Part shown: one piece after another, positions 9,074 to 18,706 of the stretch
How positions within the stretch are numbered: the first letter of the stretch is position 1
How the letters are laid out: each line of letters begins with the position of its first letter
Assembly (NCBI GenBank): GCA_000004985.1
Contig: GG738850.1
Length of the DNA stretch: 64,000 bases
Reading direction: 5' to 3' (one strand)
Origin: Naegleria gruberi
Lineage: Eukaryota
Position numbers and translations under genes: made by a program
The notes under the pieces: model-generated
What the model was told of the DNA's origin: nothing
Database searches by the model: none
Seen by the model: only the letters and a program-made list of their open reading frames with translations

Positions 9074-12000
9074 ATGATTGTTACAAAAAACCAACTTTCT
9101 TGTGGAAAGTGGAAATTTTTTAAATTAAAAAAAATGTTAACAACATCAGAGAGCAAGCGCAAGAGAGTTTCCGAATCGACAATAGATGCTCATCAAGCTA
9201 ATGATGAAAATATTGATGATGAAGAAATTTCCGTCCATGCCATCGATCCATCCAATGTAGTCGATAAGAAGGAAAAGATTGAAAGAGCAAAAATTTCGAA
9301 ACTCTTGCAATTGAAGAAGGAGAAGGAAGAAATTGATCGTCAGAGGAGGGAATTAGATTATTTGGAAAAGTTTATTCTGAACAAGCCTATGAGCATTTCC
9401 GAACCTAATTCTGCTGTTACTCCATCATCGTCTGCTACTCATGTTGAAGAAATTGATTATCAAATCTTTTTCCGACAAAAAGCAGTGATTGATTTACTTC
9501 AAGAACAGGGAAAGCAAAATATGATTAGATTTAATGTGAGAGGTAAAATATTCGTCACTTCGAGAGCAACTATTGAAAAGAGAGAAAATATGCTAAAGAC
9601 CATGTTATCTTCCAATTTTGGTATTGATACCGATTCTACAGGTGCCATCACACTTGATTGTAATCCAGATTATTTTCAAATTATTTTGGAACATATTAGA
9701 ACAGGTTCTACTACTCATATTGGTGTGTTTGAGGAAAGAACTGAGGATTATCTTGACAAGTTTAATGAATTGTTGGAGATGGCTGACTTTTTTGGTTTGT
9801 CTAAATTAGCAAGTGCTGTAAAGACAATTGTAAAGGATATTGAATCAGATAAAAGAAGTGAAAACAAGAAACTAACCTCATTGGATTCTAGTATGGTTTC
9901 AATCGATAAAGAACAGAAAGAACAGGAATACATTGAGAATTTCATGTCTCTTACTATAACTGAGAAGGAAAATGCAGATTCATACTTTTCAGATGTGGAA
10001 ACAAAACTTGAAAAGGAAAGAAAAGAATTGTTACAAAGAGAGAAGGATTTATTGTCCTCATGCTCCAATCCAGAATTGGTGTTCAATGTAAGAGGCGTCA
10101 GGCATGTTGTTTCCATTCAGAAAATTGTTGCTCATCCCGATTGTATTCTCAATGATTTATTAGCTAGAGTGGATTCTGGTGAATTGGATAATAATGAAAT
10201 TTTAATAGATAGAGATCCAGAAGTTTATCAGTACATATTCTCATTCTTACAAAATGGATCATTTTCAATTCCAAGTGAAGAACACAAGAAGAAGCAAATA
10301 TATCGTGAAGCCAAATCACTCAACTTGAGAAAAATGATTGACTATTTCGATCCACTACGTTGGCCAATAGAAACAATAGGTAAAGAGAATATCAAAATGA
10401 GAGAGGAGGAGGATTACATTAGAGAATTATTTGCAACTGACAGAGAAAATCCATTATTGAAAGATCCTTACCTATTTTTGATCAATATTTTCGAAAATCA
10501 AACTATTAGAGATGGTTTTAAAAAGGAAACAACCAATCCGAATATTCCATTAATTTTTAACTTTGAAGATCAAATAGAATGCTCAGAATTAACTTGGAAG
10601 GGAAATGTAGCTGAACCAAGAATTCCAGAAATTATTTCTAGTAAGGATGAATTTATTGCTCAATTCAATGCAGTTACCTATGGTATTTTCAAAGATGCTG
10701 ACTTTTCAAATATGGCTGTAGCTGGAGGTTAGTATTTGCTTTTATTTTAAACAAACACACAATTCGATATATATAGGAAGTATTTGTGCATGCCTTTTGA
10801 ACCATTCTGATTCACCTGAAAAGACTTCCAATCCAGGTAGACACAATTGGGATGAAGATGATGCATCTGATGAAGAGGTACCTGAAGCATCTAACGCAGA
10901 TAATTGCTTTACCGATTCAGATAATGAATCCTACAATGCAGGTTACAGTGGAACTAGTTATAATAGAACGTGGGGTGCCTCAAGTTTTGCTGACAATAGA
11001 ACAGAAAATCAAAAGATGGCCGACAAACTTGGAAGTACAGCATGGAAAGACAGTGATATTGATATTTTCTTGTATGGGCTTACTGAACAACAAGCAGAAG
11101 AAAAACTCACATACCTCTTCACTCTATTCAAGAAGAATTTGAATAGTCACACTGCAAGAACATACCAGAATGGGATATCTGATGATATTATGATTGTCAG
11201 AACTCAACATGCTGTGACCTTTTATTTCTCCTATCCTATCAGACCTGTTCAAATTATTTTAAGAATTTACAAATCAATTACTGAGATATTGTGTGGTTTT
11301 GACATTGATAGTGTAACTGTTGCATTCGATGGCAATCAAGTGTTTGCCCTACCAAGATTCAAAAGGGCTATCAAGTATAGAATGAATTTAGTAGATCCAG
11401 ATCGTCAGTCCACGTAAGTTTATTTATTAACCTTTTTGCTAACTGATCATCAATTCAGAACATATGAAAGTAAGTCATGATCCTTCAATTTTAATTTATA
11501 ACATTTATAGCTCGCTTAGTAAAGTACGCTAAAAGAGGTTTCAGAATAGGAATTCCAGGGTTTGATCCATCACTGATTAAAAATGAATATTTAACCCAGG
11601 GTAAAAACCCATTTTATTATCGTAGAAAATACAGATATTATAGGTTTAGCAATCATAAGGCTGATGTTTCAAGAGTTACAGGATTGGCAAGGATTTTATT
11701 GTACAAACAAGCTCACAAATATGCAAAAAATGTTAGAAAATCGATTGTGGAAGAAAATATTGAAAATCAGGAGAATGACCACGATTATAAACAGCTTTGC
11801 CTTCCATACAGTTCAACAGCAACCCCATCCCATAACTATCAAACAACCCAGTCTGTTATTGCTTATTTTATGGAAAAATTGGGAAAGAAACCTCATTTCG
11901 AATGTGCTTTGAATGATGTATTCTCGGTTTTGCACACCTCTGGTGACAATTCCACCCTTGAAGCTGAAGTTAAATGGATGGTTATTGAGCCAACCACACA

Positions 12001-12377
12001 AAAAATTGGAAGTTTCAAGTAAGTAGTTGTGCAATAATTGCCATATTAATCTTGGTTTTAGCCCAACAACAAATAACTTTTACAAGGATGCTTATTCTTC
12101 TATTAATGCAACAGGTCTTACGCCTGTTAAACGTAAGAAATTGAAATCAATCTACACATGGTCTTGGCAAAATAGGAACACTTTTATTAGTTATGATGAA
12201 GCAACTTGTGGCGTTATTGAAAAAGCATACAGAGAATATAGGGATAATGCTTCTAAAGACAGAGTCAATGTTTCTGATACTCACTACATTGATTTTAGAA
12301 GAATGAAACAAGTAGCAAAAGCAGATTCCACAAGACAAAGAGCAGTCAAAAGAACAAAATCTGTTGTTGTGGATTGA
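9074..12377 (+). CDS. Multi-exon gene for a tandem BTB (T1/K-channel-tetramerisation type) x2 - middle region - C-terminal WWE domain protein. Exons are approximately 9074(or ATG 9134)..10727, 10777..11413, 11459..11469 (11-nt micro-exon), 11511..12019 and 12087..12377.
   Basis: Two BTB_2-like blocks (IRFNVRGKIFVTSRATIEKRENMLKTML and LVFNVRGVRHVVSIQKIVAHPDCILNDLL). Introns are GTTAGT..ATAG (49 nt), GTAAGT..ctaac..TTCAG (45 nt), GTAAGT..TTATAG (41 nt) and GTAAGT..aataac..ACAAG (67 nt). All phases are consistent, and I checked the joins by hand translation. The track's TAA 'stops' at 11417 and 12022 lie inside GTAAGT donors. The C-terminal exon has a WWE signature (YTWSWQNRNTFISYDEATCGVIEKAYREY...YIDFRRM). 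The micro-exon is the least certain element. Confidence 0.6.
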
Positions 12378-12595
12378 AATAAATAATTTTGCAAATTTTT
12401 TCGAAAACCACAATTAGTTGAAAATTATTATGTTTAGTAATGTGATAACCAGCTTTTTTCTAAATAAGACTGCTGATGATAAAGATAAGCCATATTTGGC
12501 TGAATCACTTTGATGAAATACCTTATCAACCCCTAGACTCTGCTGACCAAAAATAATGATTATTGTATTTGTATTACAATAGGAGACAATTTTAT

Positions 12596-15500
12596 TTAAT
12601 TTTCCTCAGAATTGTCAGACAAGAGGGAACCACCAACAACCTTCATAAAGGCAGAAAGTAATTCTGGTTCCTTTTGATTCTTAACTGGTGGATTTTTGAC
12701 AATTCTTGTATTCTTCAAGTTTGGTTCACCAGTACATTCAATCTTTTCGAGAGGTCCATTTACAATGAGAGAGAATGTTTGTGGCCCTTTAGGAACTTGT
12801 GTGCCTTCAACGACAACACGGAAAACAGTCTTGTCAGCAATGTGCTTGGAATATCCATTAATTTTAACTTGTTCCACATTATTGATATAATCTCTTCCAC
12901 CATTTCCATAATGTTCTTGACCATTATTTTCAATTTTAACAACCAAGTCAAGGTTATTGACAAGTTGAATTCTTGCATTAGGTGAACCAGGATAATCAGT
13001 CCAAACAAGTGTTGCCTTCAATGCTTGATCCAATTCCTTGAATGCTTGATCCTTAGTGCTTTTAACTGGAACAGCTCTGAAACAATATTGCTTATAACTG
13101 TCTGTTGTTACTGAATCTTGTTGTGAAACGAACATGTTAAAATCAGACTCTCCAGCAAAAGGCAAGACATGTCTGAGACGAACCAATCCGAAACCTTGAG
13201 TGAATGAAGGAGTACCGTGAAGTTTCTTCCACAATCCTGCACCATTAGCTTCAACCATTCCAGTCAATTCTTGACCACTGTTAACAAGAATAGCCTTCAA
13301 AGTGGCACCTGTTGGATCCACAGAGTTTTGTGAATTTTCTTTAGCAGTTGGATAAAATCCCTTGGTAAAGTATTGATGAACCATTGAGGCATAACCAGCT
13401 ACGATTGGTGTGGAAAAACTAGTACCTTGATTGGCGATAGGAACTGGACAATAACCCTTATTAGAGAATGAATCAGCCATCTCTTCAGAATCATCAGCTG
13501 AGGAAGTACCCAATGAACGAGATCCGAAAATAAGTTGACCAGGAGCAACAATATCTGGTTTGATTCTACCATCAGTAGTTGGTCCTCTTGAGGAAAAGGT
13601 ACCCATATTGTTTGGACTGAAATGTTCTGGGTGTTCAATCATGTCATTCAAGTACTTCTTTCCACAACAAACCTTCTTGAAAATATGACTGGAACAAGCA
13701 AATTTTTCACCAGTAATATCAATACTATCACAGAAAGATTGTTTGTGATCAAAACATGGAGATCTCTTGGCACCAATTGATTTACAGAAGGTTGGAGTAG
13801 CAAAGAGCATTCTTCCATGACCTCCCTTGAGACACATTTGAGTTTCCATCATTTCGTGTCTAATAATATCACCATAGAGTGGATAACCAAGTTCGAAACT
13901 CTTTCTAGTCCATTGAGAAGAACCAACAGTGATACAATTCTTGCAGGTACCTGGACTTGTGATACTTCTAGTACCACTTCTGCCACTGTTACCAGCAGCA
14001 TACAATTGAATAGTATTTGGATTCTTATAGGCCCATTCGTCAACATCTTGGGAGGCAATTGTGTACATGCCTCTCTTTGGACTACCCCAACTGTTTGTTG
14101 AAATCTTGGCATTACACTTGTTGTGCATGTATGGGAAGTAATCTCCACTCAAATCATGAGGAACACTGAGACGACGAGTTGGTAAACCAAGATCAAAGAA
14201 ACACAACTTGGCATCTTTAACAACTCCATCAAATAAATCCTTCATTTCTTCTCCATCATCGAATTGGTCTCCCTTGATAGAGCATGACAAGATTGAGGAA
14301 ACAAAAGAGCCGTGACCTCTAACAATGTCTCTATCATCAGCAAAACTCTTGTAAGAAATAAACTTATCGTGAGTGTCAGTTTCAATCTTGTTATAAGGAA
14401 CCTTTTGTCCTCTTCTATAGAAACAACAATTGTTAATATCAACACCAGTATCACCAATACCAATAACTTGGTCTCTTCCAGTGAATCCCTTTTCCCACAT
14501 CCATTTAACATCAGGCATAGCAGAGTGGCCAATCTTGTCATGTTCAACAAAATTGAGAGTAGTATTGGCAATTTGATGGAATTTTTCACCCAAATAAGTT
14601 TTAGATGTTGCTGACTTGGTTGATCCGTATTTGAAGAGAACTGACTTGTAGGAATCACTCAATGGATTAACAGCAGATAACAATTGGAAGGTTTCTTCAT
14701 CATCCAAAGAATATTCTTGTTCGCTTAACAATTTGTTAAAAGCAGTGGCAGCTTCACTGTCAGAATCAGCTTGTTCAAAAGATTTTTCCTTGACATAGTT
14801 TTGATAAAATTGGCTGAAAGGAATGTCAGCTTCTTCTTCTTCATCATCCTCAAAATCAGATTCAAGACCAAAGCTTTCTTCCTTTTGAATGTGACGAGAA
14901 AGTGGACTCTTTGAAAGAATTTCAATAATACTATCCTTAATAATTTGTGGAATGGTAACAGCAATTGTCAAATCCTTCTTCTTGTAAATAATAACATTTC
15001 TCTTAGCTTCAGTTTTGATGAGTTGTTCAACATTGGTTTTATCAATGAGATCAAAAGCAATATTTCTCCACTCTCTAATAAGACCTTCCATATCAGTATT
15101 GTAAAATAATTGAACTTCAAGACTGACTGTGGCGAGTGGCTTTTTCTTATTTGCTTGCAATTCATGACTAACCTTGTAAGATGGATCAGCAAGACCAACC
15201 CACAATATATCATCAGCAAGATTGTCATCCTCAGTCTTTTGTTGTTCCTTACTCAATCTCTTTTGATCAATCTTTTTCAATTTATCCAAAACAGAAACAA
15301 TTGAAGGAGCAACCAAAACGAAACTATTGTGTGGATGATAATTGACTTCAGAATTACTTTCAAAGTAACGTTTCAAAAAGTCTCCAAAGCCTGTCTTTAC
15401 AGGTGATTTGACTGTTACATAGATTTCTGTTGGTGTAACCTTTTCTTTGAGAACTTGTTTGAACTCATCAAAAGCCTTGTCAGCCAACTCTGTGTTATCC

Positions 15501-15961
15501 TCCTCTACTTCTTCTTGTTGATTTTCAGCTCTTTTCAAGGTAACAAGCTTTTGCAAGAGTGAAGGAGTATTCTCTGTATCAATGTATCGCTCTCCATTGA
15601 ACAAAATCTTTCTTCCATGAAGAAAACTATTCATCAATTCATCATCAGCAAATTTCTTTCCCAATATAAAGACATCCCTCAGTTTGTTGTTACTATTATT
15701 ACTAACTTCGGATGGATCTTCTTCACTCTCCTCATTGATGATTATATCATTGGCGCCTCTCTGAGTATTTTGCTTTTTTCTCGGTAAAGTTTTAAAATTA
15801 CTCTCCAGCTGTGTTTGTAATTTTACGAGTAAATCTTCGTGGCGGGAAAGTTTGGCTTGTTGTTCTACTGTTGCTTGTTGGGAGAGGGTAACAAGTAGAA
15901 GGCAAGCTGTCAACAGCAACAAGACTATTGCGAAAACTCTTGAAACTGCTTTGTTAGCCAT
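12596..15961 (-). CDS. Subtilisin-like serine protease (peptidase S8 family), 1121 aa, with signal/anchor and a long N-terminal extension
   Basis: Real ATG. N-terminal hydrophobic MANKAVSRVFAIVLLLLTACLLLVTLS. Catalytic triad motifs are in the right order: Asp VIGIGDTGVD, His HGSFVSSIL, oxyanion Asn YAAGNSG, Ser GTSFSTPIVAG. There are ~490 aa before the Asp and an insertion between the Asn and Ser. Confidence 0.8.
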   Translation of the reverse strand: MANKAVSRVFAIVLLLLTACLLLVTLSQQATVEQQAKLSRHEDLLVKLQTQLESNFKTLPRKKQNTQRGANDIIINEESEEDPSEVSNNSNNKLRDVFILGKKFADDELMNSFLHGRKILFNGERYIDTENTPSLLQKLVTLKRAENQQEEVEEDNTELADKAFDEFKQVLKEKVTPTEIYVTVKSPVKTGFGDFLKRYFESNSEVNYHPHNSFVLVAPSIVSVLDKLKKIDQKRLSKEQQKTEDDNLADDILWVGLADPSYKVSHELQANKKKPLATVSLEVQLFYNTDMEGLIREWRNIAFDLIDKTNVEQLIKTEAKRNVIIYKKKDLTIAVTIPQIIKDSIIEILSKSPLSRHIQKEESFGLESDFEDDEEEEADIPFSQFYQNYVKEKSFEQADSDSEAATAFNKLLSEQEYSLDDEETFQLLSAVNPLSDSYKSVLFKYGSTKSATSKTYLGEKFHQIANTTLNFVEHDKIGHSAMPDVKWMWEKGFTGRDQVIGIGDTGVDINNCCFYRRGQKVPYNKIETDTHDKFISYKSFADDRDIVRGHGSFVSSILSCSIKGDQFDDGEEMKDLFDGVVKDAKLCFFDLGLPTRRLSVPHDLSGDYFPYMHNKCNAKISTNSWGSPKRGMYTIASQDVDEWAYKNPNTIQLYAAGNSGRSGTRSITSPGTCKNCITVGSSQWTRKSFELGYPLYGDIIRHEMMETQMCLKGGHGRMLFATPTFCKSIGAKRSPCFDHKQSFCDSIDITGEKFACSSHIFKKVCCGKKYLNDMIEHPEHFSPNNMGTFSSRGPTTDGRIKPDIVAPGQLIFGSRSLGTSSADDSEEMADSFSNKGYCPVPIANQGTSFSTPIVAGYASMVHQYFTKGFYPTAKENSQNSVDPTGATLKAILVNSGQELTGMVEANGAGLWKKLHGTPSFTQGFGLVRLRHVLPFAGESDFNMFVSQQDSVTTDSYKQYCFRAVPVKSTKDQAFKELDQALKATLVWTDYPGSPNARIQLVNNLDLVVKIENNGQEHYGNGGRDYINNVEQVKINGYSKHIADKTVFRVVVEGTQVPKGPQTFSLIVNGPLEKIECTGEPNLKNTRIVKNPPVKNQKEPELLSAFMKVVGGSLLSDNSEEN

Positions 15962-16116
15962 TTGTTTGGCTTGGTGTTGTTGGTTTGAATTTTTTTTGTG
16001 GATATTTTTGAATTGATTATTTGATTATAATTGTTTTTGGCAACTGACAGGTCCTTATCATAACCAAAATAACTATCTTTGAGATTTTTGTGAATATTAA
16101 TCACAAAGTTTAAGGT

Positions 16117-18174
16117 TTATTTGTTGGGTTGATTCTTCTTGAGTTTAAGCCAAGAATCATAATAAGAAACATTTAGTTCCCTATTACATTGTAAAATCTT
16201 GTTGTAATTCAGAGAATCATTGTGGGAAGTAGTTGAACTCGAAAGGCTAAGCGATTTGATTAACTTGTAGAAAAGTTTGTACTGTTTGACCAAAAACTTC
16301 TTACGCGACGTCAGAATCAATTTAAGATCAGAATATTGGCATCCTTCAACTCTCGTCTGTTTTGTTTCTTTCAAATTTGTAAAAAGATAAAAGAAGTACT
16401 CTTTTGAAAAGGTTGCTGTTTCTGACTCTTTCTCGACAGATTCATCCTGCAACGAGTGCCCTATTACGAATATTGCATCAATTGAAGGCTCTTCTATAGC
16501 TGTATAAATGTATCGGGATTTTCTTGTCGCCATGAATGGTAATTTCGACACTGTTTCACAAACTCCAAAAGCAAATGGATTGGTAGCATTATGAGTGGAT
16601 ACATTAGTGTTACATTCCTTAACCTGTATTTCAGAATTAATGTCCAGTTTCTGCTGATTTTCAATATTGGTGAAAATATTCCAAAATTTTTCCAGTGGGC
16701 AATCAATAGTTGTTGAAAATTTGGTCAATTTCATTCTACTAGCTAGAGCCTTATCGAAAGTATAGACTTGCTTGGATGCTAATACTTTCAAGCCACGTTT
16801 ATCTCGTATGACTTTCCAATCCTTAGTGTCCTCCAATAATAGGGAGAAACCAAAATAAAAATGTTCTCGCTTAATTACCTTGTCTTTGATGTCACTCTCC
16901 TTAATTCTCCAGTCCAAAATGTTGAATGAATAATTCTTCACAGCTACGGATCTAGTATATTCCTCACCCTTTCTCTTCAAAAAATATAAAACGTCTGGGT
17001 GTTTACAAAACCATGGAAACGAGTCAACTTGTAAATCTAAATGGACACTATTGTACAAATCCCTAAATATTACATTTGGATCCAACTTGTTGCCGATTTC
17101 CTGAACAATTGTATTCTTTGATTTTAGCTCGGTTATGGAATACTTCTTGGTCTCCTCTTTGATCAAGTCCTTATGCATTTCAGAAATGATAAGCCAACTC
17201 TTTAATAGGTCTGTTTTGAGAGGACCTCTGTGTAATTCTTTTTCTGCCTGTTCTATGATAAACCTTTCAATTATTTCCTTTTTGACCTTGTTCATCAATT
17301 TGTATATCTGTTCCTTACTGGTCTTTAGTTGCTTTGAAAGTAAATCGAAGGAAGTCTGATCTCTACTCTCATCCACATTTGTATTTGGGCTTGTTTCGAT
17401 TGTTGGTGTGGAAATATTTGAATGATCTTTTTCAACAACTTTAGAAGGATCATCCTTATTATTCTCCTGATGATTAAGATCATCCCTAGATGTACTTGAG
17501 GAGATACTTTTTTCAGTAACAACACTGATCTTATCCATTGTCTTCATTGGCTGATTATCTAGTGAGTCATCTGTATAATCGTGGCTCGAAGAACTTGTGG
17601 TTGTTGTGATCTTAGTGGCATTCATCTCCATATTGTTCTCTCGCCACTTGGAATAAACCTTCTTATACTCATCACAAGCAATAATGAATTCAAAAGGCTC
17701 CTCAGCTTTTGAAACTTTCAAAAAGGTAAGGAATAATTCTGAACATTCTCTATCTTTCAATACTTGTTCAAAGACAAGTGAATAGTCTTTTGGATTGAAA
17801 TCAGGATTGTCATCACTTCCATCACCAAGATAACTATCAACATTAGGGCAACCTGATGACCTCGAACTAGATGATACAAATCGCATAATATTAAAATTAT
17901 TTCCTTTACTATTACTTCGCCACTTTCTTTTATGTTCCTCCCAATAGTCTACATCTGTTGCCGTTGTTCCACTTGCTGATGATTCAGTGGCTGATGAGCC
18001 ACCTGTATTGCTTCCGTTACGACCTCCTCCATTAGGTTCCTCCACTGAAAAGATATCATCATCCGCATCGTGAGGAAATATCGAAATAATTTGTTGTTGT
18101 TGATATTGATGTTGTTGAGGTTGTTGTTGCTTATTAGCTGATGCGTCTGGTGATGAAGGTGAAGAAGCTATCAT
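16117..18174 (-). CDS. RGS (regulator of G-protein signalling) domain protein, 685 aa, with a poly-Q N-terminus
   Basis: Real ATG at 18174. RGS-box signature SLVFEQVLKDRECSELFLTFLKVSKAEEPFEFIIACDEYKK matches the RGS consensus (...LF..FL..E.S.ENLEFW.ACE.YK). Confidence 0.6.
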   Translation of the reverse strand: MIASSPSSPDASANKQQQPQQHQYQQQQIISIFPHDADDDIFSVEEPNGGGRNGSNTGGSSATESSASGTTATDVDYWEEHKRKWRSNSKGNNFNIMRFVSSSSRSSGCPNVDSYLGDGSDDNPDFNPKDYSLVFEQVLKDRECSELFLTFLKVSKAEEPFEFIIACDEYKKVYSKWRENNMEMNATKITTTTSSSSHDYTDDSLDNQPMKTMDKISVVTEKSISSSTSRDDLNHQENNKDDPSKVVEKDHSNISTPTIETSPNTNVDESRDQTSFDLLSKQLKTSKEQIYKLMNKVKKEIIERFIIEQAEKELHRGPLKTDLLKSWLIISEMHKDLIKEETKKYSITELKSKNTIVQEIGNKLDPNVIFRDLYNSVHLDLQVDSFPWFCKHPDVLYFLKRKGEEYTRSVAVKNYSFNILDWRIKESDIKDKVIKREHFYFGFSLLLEDTKDWKVIRDKRGLKVLASKQVYTFDKALASRMKLTKFSTTIDCPLEKFWNIFTNIENQQKLDINSEIQVKECNTNVSTHNATNPFAFGVCETVSKLPFMATRKSRYIYTAIEEPSIDAIFVIGHSLQDESVEKESETATFSKEYFFYLFTNLKETKQTRVEGCQYSDLKLILTSRKKFLVKQYKLFYKLIKSLSLSSSTTSHNDSLNYNKILQCNRELNVSYYDSWLKLKKNQPNK

Positions 18175-18706
18175 ATTATTTCCTCTCTCAATTCTAATCT
18201 ATCCAAACACTCTCTTCAAATACTGTCTAACTTGTATCAACAAAACAAAACTTTTGCGGCCAGGCACTGAGAAAAGCCAGGCACTTGTTTTTTTGAGGGT
18301 TTGAATTTAGCAAGGTCTATATTTCAAAAAATCCAAAATCAGCGCTTCTTGCCTTTCTCACAAATAGTGTTGGGGTATTGACCACCTAACATTGTGTTAA
18401 AAGAATGTTGTGGTCAACCAAAGGCGCACATTGTTTGGCACGAAATGATATTTTGGAAATTTTTGTGTGATGACAACACCTTCAATACCCTAATTCTTGT
18501 TGGAGTTTCCAATTAACTCTTCATTGTGAGGTTTTTTACTTGTTTCTAATCTATCTCTCAGGTAGTAAATAATATGAATTCAGTCAGAGAGCCATCAAGA
18601 GCCGGCATTGGGATATTTAATGAAAATACTGAAAAAAACTAATGAAAAGACATTTAAACCTACAACAACAATAGTCATTTCAAAACACCTTTAAAAACAA
18701 ACATTA

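Noticed and set aside
11415-12022. Apparent stop codons ending ORFs 10797..11417 and 11684..12022
   Set aside because: Both are the TAA within canonical GTAAGT splice donors. The reading frame continues in phase in the next exon.
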